From: Bugula neritina
Lineage: Eukaryota; Animalia; Bryozoa
DNA length: 64,000 nt
Reading direction: 5' to 3'
Assembly (NCBI GenBank): GCA_964035545.1
Contig: OZ037773.1
Coordinates: 6,539,751-6,603,750 of the forward strand
Shown here: piece by piece, positions 58,573-64,000 of the stretch
Position numbering within the stretch: position 1 is the first letter of the stretch
How the letters are laid out: each line of letters opens with the position of its first letter
Notes under the pieces: model-generated
Seen by the model: only the letters and a program-made list of their open reading frames with translations
The model's database searches: none
Told to the model about the DNA's origin: nothing
Made by a program: the position numbers and the translations under genes

Positions 58573-59634
58573 TATATTTGAACATATTTCTATGATAACA
58601 TAACTTAGAACAGTGATGTATCTATCTACTCTAACAGTACTTAAAGATGTTTTGTATCATTATGAGCAGTTTTCTACTTATAATTGAAAAAATCATGTTT
58701 GTCAATAACATATCTTTGATTTATTTATTTATTGTACCCTCAAGACATAATGCATTGTTTATATTTATTAAATATTTTTCTATTCTTAATGATAGTTCAA
58801 CATTTTATATTTGTAAATATTTTGTATGTAATGATCTAATTTGGCCTGAAGTACAAATAACTTATTTTATAAATTAGCTGTGTTATTTATGATACTTATA
58901 TGCAATTAAAGCAGTTTGTGTATTATAGAGTGTGGTTTTAAGTTGAAGTATTATTTTAAGTTTATATGCAAATAAATGTATCTGTTTTGAAATATTTAAA
59001 CATTATTTTAATAAGCATTAAATACTATGTTTATGCATGGTAGCGCTGCAAGTATGTAAGCCTAAATGTATAGATATTTAAAGAATAAATTTATAATTAT
59101 TATACCAACAGCTTTGGTTGCTATGCATCCTTTGCTATCCACATTTTAGCTAGTTGATTATAAACAATGACATTCCTAAACCTTATTTAAATGCTAGGCT
59201 AAATTTTACATATTTAATCTACTTCACTTAAACTTAGCATGCACCAAAACAGCTTTTATAAAACATAATATGTTGGGTTTGTTGATGAATGCGTGAGGCT
59301 TTTCCTTGTGTAACGCCAGAGTTGTCTTACCTCACTAAAAATTGTCCTTGCACCTTTTCATATAGCAATGTACCTAATTCGTTTGTTATTCCGTGTCTAA
59401 CTTTACGGTCACCAACAAATATTAGGCACTGTATAATTAAGGTTCACAAGGCTATGCACTAGGTGACTAGAGAAAGCAACTAGTACAATAACAAAACCCT
59501 GCAGCATTTCATTACTAAATTACTGAGTGTAATCCAGTATAAAATATAATTTAGTTTTTGTAAAGCTTGTTATAAATTGCTGGAATTAATTTATATAACA
59601 CAAATTATAGTTTACTTATTAATCTTAACATGTA

Positions 59635-60240
59635 TAATAATAATCATTATATTATAATTAGTAATAGTAATACTTATACTATTACTGTATTACTATTACT
59701 ATTAGTATTACTATTAGTATTAGTATTACTATTACTATTAGTATTACTATTACTATTAGTGAGTATTACTATTAGTATTACTCATTTACTGTTAGTGTTA
59801 CTATTAGTATTACTATTAGTAATAGTATTTCTAATTATAATATAATAATTAATATTATTATATATATTATGATTAAGAAGTAAACCATAATTTGTGTTAC
59901 ATAAGTTAATTTAATTTAATAATTAATTAGTAATACTAATAGTAATACTAATATTATTACTAATAGTAATAGCAATACTAATAGACATAGTATAATTATA
60001 GTGAATGTCATACTCAAACTCATAGTTATTGGTATAGTCATACTCATACTGATACTCATACTGATACTAGTGATACTCATACTGGTACTAATACTAATAG
60101 TAATAGTTATACTAATACTAATAGTTATAGAAATACTAATAGTAATATTGATACTTATACAGTATTAATAATACTAGTAGTAATAATTACACTATCAGTA
60201 TAGCGATCGGTATAACTATAAGTATTATTATTACATAATA
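59635..60240. repeat. Degenerate (TAC/TAG/TAA) simple-repeat block with a strand switch
   Basis: tattactattagta units (~59680-59830) are followed by the complementary tagtaatactaa units (~59925-60190). Confidence 0.85.
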
Positions 60241-60587
60241 GGAGTAGCAGCAGCAGTAGATAGTAGATAAAGTTACTTAGTACTCTGTCAATAGTTGCTG
60301 TAGTGTCAGACCGGGAATCACGTTAGTCAACTCTTTGGTATTGAAATAGACTGAGAATTGCTCTAGTCTAGCCATGAAAATGGGAGAAAATATATGTGAA
60401 TGCTTCCTACTCTTAGTGCGTACACGCAAGTGCTGTGCGTGTGTGCTGTGCTTACTACTTTTTTCATAATAATTTTGTTTTGGATTACAATTCAAGTCTT
60501 TTTTTAATTCTTTTTATGTATATATTCTGTGTTGAAATATAGAGTGACTTTTGAAGCATAAAAACTCATGTATGTTTAAAATCACTA

Positions 60588-60735
60588 CTCCTGTGAGAGG
60601 GTTTTTAGAGCAGGCTAAGGATTTGTTTTCTATGGTGGCAAAAAAGCAATTATCCTTGGATGCCTTCCTAACATCACCAATGGTCTTTACTGGGGTTCAA
60701 ACCACTGACCTTGTACTTTTTTGACAGCACCAGCT
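60588..60735 (-). mobile_element. tRNA-derived SINE copy
   Basis: Same family (gcaattatccttggatgccttcctaacatcaccaatgg...ggttcaaacc; B box ggtttgaaccc on the minus strand). Confidence 0.7.
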
Positions 60736-61327
60736 CTTTTAAACATATAATACATTCTCAATATTATAGGGCGCTAGAATAAATTTCAATGTGAAATCAA
60801 TATGTTTTTATTTTGTAGGGCTAGACATGCTTTTCATTCCTGCTAGTTCAGTACAATCCATCATGGAACCTCTACTGCTACACCTCTGTTAAGGTCAGTA
60901 AATATCTCATGCATTCTTCCTCTGTAAGTTTGGTATAATTGGTTGTAAAATAATACTTATTTAATTTATTATTTCAACACGTGTGTGTGACTGTTGCCCA
61001 TTTTTTCTACTTGCAGCTTTCTAAGATATGAAGTTTATAAGAAATTGTAGTACCACTGCAATGTTAAATTAAAACAATGCTTTTTGGATAAATACTGTTT
61101 GATAGTTTAGGATGCCTTATCGCATGATGCAATATTTGAGCTGTGGTTTTGTGTTCAGGAGACAATAACTTCATAAAATAATACTAGTATTTTGGTGTTA
61201 CTCGTATTATATCCATGTCATTATATTCACCTACTTTATTCATAGGCTGAGGGTATCTTATATGCTGTGTAACATAAGGGCATTAAAGTGAGGTTATTCG
61301 TAGTTGTTGGTAGTTGAGCATAATATC

Positions 61328-61515
61328 ACGGTGTAGGTGTATCTAAACATAGTGTAAGTGTATCTAAATATGGTGTAAGTATATTTAACAGTGAGGTAAG
61401 TGTATTTGAGGCCGTAAAAGTATATGTAAATTTGGTGTAAGTTTATCTAAAAGTGATGTAAGTGTACCCAACAAAGTGTAAGTGTACCCAACAAAGTGTA
61501 AGTGTATCTAAATGT
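61328..61515. repeat. 21-22 bp degenerate minisatellite (gtgtaagtgtatctaaa...)
   Basis: About 8 copies. Confidence 0.8.
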
Positions 61516-62335
61516 GCATTTGAAGGCAGTGCCTCTGAATATTTAATAATAACATTGAACATAACAAGGCATTGACTCTACTAGTTATCACTATTCTAAG
61601 TGATAATATGTGTCAGTTATATTGCTGCATATAAGTTCAATCACACAGCACACTATCAGTGACTTGCTAATATATTGTTGCTTGCTAGATTAATGTATAA
61701 AATATTATCATTGTAGTATACTGTGCTATAAATAGATTTGTTGTACAAATAAGATGAAACAATGTTATTAGGAGTGCACAGTCAGGTTCTACACAAAGTC
61801 ATTGGGTAACCATCACCTTTCCTAATAAAAACTTTTAATCATTCAGGCATAACATTTGGTAGCATTTTTATAATAATTTATAAACTTATTTAGTGTAAAG
61901 TTTCTGGTAATTGCTGCCTAACACAGCAGCAAATATTGTATTTGTTTTGACAACTTAGTGTAAAGGAGAGATGCTCTAGCAGCCAAGCACTTGCTAATGC
62001 ATTTGAATTTCATGTATTAAACTTATCATCAGTTTTAACACTTGTTGAAATCAATAATTTTCCCCTGGGTTATATATAGCCTGTATACGTACTGTTCAAT
62101 AGGTAACGTGAAAGTTTTAACCTCTGTTGTTAATACGCAAGTAATGGCGGACTTTGAAAAATCAATATTTCTACTTTGTTAAATGATGTTTTTCATCAAG
62201 ATTATATACGTGTTGTATAACTTGTTTATCAACAGTTGACGTGTTCTATTATGTTTTCTAACAATATTTAGCATCTGTTGAATGTTGTTCACATTAAACT
62301 GTGCATATTTTTGAGAAATTGTTTTGCTTTTAGAG

Positions 62336-62692
62336 CAGGGCTGTCCAACAGCTGGACCCAGGGCCAAATGTGGCTCCAGCCTACATTTATGTGGCCCTCA
62401 AAAACATAACAAATAAATTTATTTTGTACAGTAAACATGAGTTAAAGGGAAAAATCACGTTTTAAATGTCTTATTTGTATGCATGCTAATAAGCATGCAA
62501 CTTGCAGTAACTATTGAGACTTCATTTTGTAATTATTCGTAGGAGTTTGGAATAAAATATTTTGAAAATTACTAATGCTCTTGTCCCCACCCACCCCCCC
62601 CCCCCAGCTTGAACTAATGGTTATAATGTCACCCTCGCCACCAGAATATTCTCTTTCAGTGGTCCTCGCTCTGAAAAGGTTGGATACCCCTG
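62336..62692 (-). mobile_element. hAT-type MITE, same family as 11487-11824, inverted
   Basis: TIRs cagggctgtccaac...ggttggatacccctg; 8-bp TSD ttttagag/tattagag; ends are reverse-complementary to the 11487 copy. Confidence 0.88.
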
Positions 62693-63274
62693 TATTAGAG
62701 TTTTTCAAATTTTGGATTGAAGTTAATAAGCTTATTATATCAGCAAAAAAAAAAAATTTCCTAAAGAAAATCAAACCGAACTGGCTTTAATGGAATTTGA
62801 CCTTTCATTTATTGCGGCACAACGCAATCATTAAAGCTATTCTTTCTTTATAATTTTATCCAATGAAACGGAGTCATTTATTCTTGGCATTTATGTTATT
62901 GTGTCATCAAAACTGCAAAAATGTTTCAACTACTATAATGAAAGGTTTTTCAATTGATATGAGCGTTGAGTAGACAATTCTAAGTTCTTCATTGAGCATA
63001 CTCTTGTAATATACAAATGATATTATATTGCTCAAAACAAAACTTGCTTTTCAAACAGAAATTATATTTATATGTAAAGTTTTTATCAGCAAATAAATGG
63101 TTTTTAGTCACATTTTTCAAATTTTAAATGCCTATCAGAATGTTATTTGATACTTCATAACTGCTTCTTTACTAGCTAAATGTTCACCCATCTATACTTC
63201 CCACATCCAGCTTTATGTATAAATATAGTTTAGTCTAAGCCACTCTATGATGGTAACGGGATCTATGAAATCCA

Positions 63275-63350
63275 TTTATACCTACAGCTAACATATTTAG
63301 TACCTACAGCTAATATATTTATACCTACAGCTAATATATTTAGTACCTGC
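63275..63350. repeat. ~22-bp tandem repeat (tttatacctacagctaatata)
   Basis: 3-4 copies. Confidence 0.8.
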
Positions 63351-64000
63351 AGGGTATAATATTGATGAAGTTATCTTGGTTGACTGACATCCAATGACTT
63401 GCAAGTGGGCTTATTTGTGAACAATCACGCTGCCGTATATTACGCTGCTAAAGCTGTGCGGCTGATGACTTATAAATCAATACACTGTATCAGATTCTCA
63501 CATTCTATTTATTTATATTCAACTCCAAACTCTTTGATTTTGTGCTTTTCTAGCGAATAGCAAGGGTAGTCTTTCTGAAACTCCGAGTCACATTACTGTT
63601 GTCACATGAGCACTGTTGTCACACCATCACTGTTGTCACATCATCGTCTGCAACTGGATATTGTAAGTTATATAAGTTATTTGATGAATTTTTTTAAGAA
63701 TTACTTTTCAACAACTTTTTTATGATTTAGTTTTTATTTTCCATGCAACTTACAATATTGAAATTATTTTGTATTGTAAAAATACGTGACTTATCATTTA
63801 AATAAAAAATTATGTTTCAATATATTCATTTGTTATTTAATTATTGCATCTGCATTCTGCAATCCTTAACCCTTAGACCTAAAATAGACATAGAAGACTA
63901 GGGTCTCAGGCCTAAAGTCATTAGGTTCGCATCTTACCAATTTTGTACATCAATAAACAGCCAATAGACAAAGCTCAACTGCTTCTAGAATTGTAGGCCA

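Noticed and set aside
59630-59845. Poly-Leu 'transmembrane' ORF (also 23101-23361)
   Set aside because: Low-complexity TAC/TAG repeat with no coding bias or exon context.

Overview
AT-rich, intron-rich animal (probably invertebrate) genomic DNA. I assembled the genes by hand from GT-AG splice sites and frame continuity. (1) A tandem pair of minus-strand neuronal calcium sensor (NCS/recoverin/KChIP family)-like genes with myristoylation motifs: copy B is complete (7821->3862, ~215 aa, all EF-hand loops degenerate); copy A is partial (2467->1310) and interrupted by a transposon end. (2) A two-exon, 90-aa single-pass membrane microprotein (+, 8498-11116), head-to-head with NCS copy B, with a young 5'-truncated LINE in its intron. 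(3) Atlastin (-, 23410->13501) with an optional C-terminal cassette exon. (4) WDPCP/fritz (+, 25105-39400), head-to-head with atlastin, with three PPxPPR motifs in its tail. (5) A divergent ZO-1/Polychaetoid-like MAGUK (+, 46991-58572; PDZ1-3, SH3, GUK, no ZU5) with two alternative N-termini. Between these lie hAT MITEs, tRNA-derived SINEs, a probable gypsy relic and many micro- and minisatellites. The best novelty candidate is the degenerate-EF-hand NCS duplicate together with its divergently oriented Cys-rich microprotein. All homology calls are recalled motif matches, not database searches.
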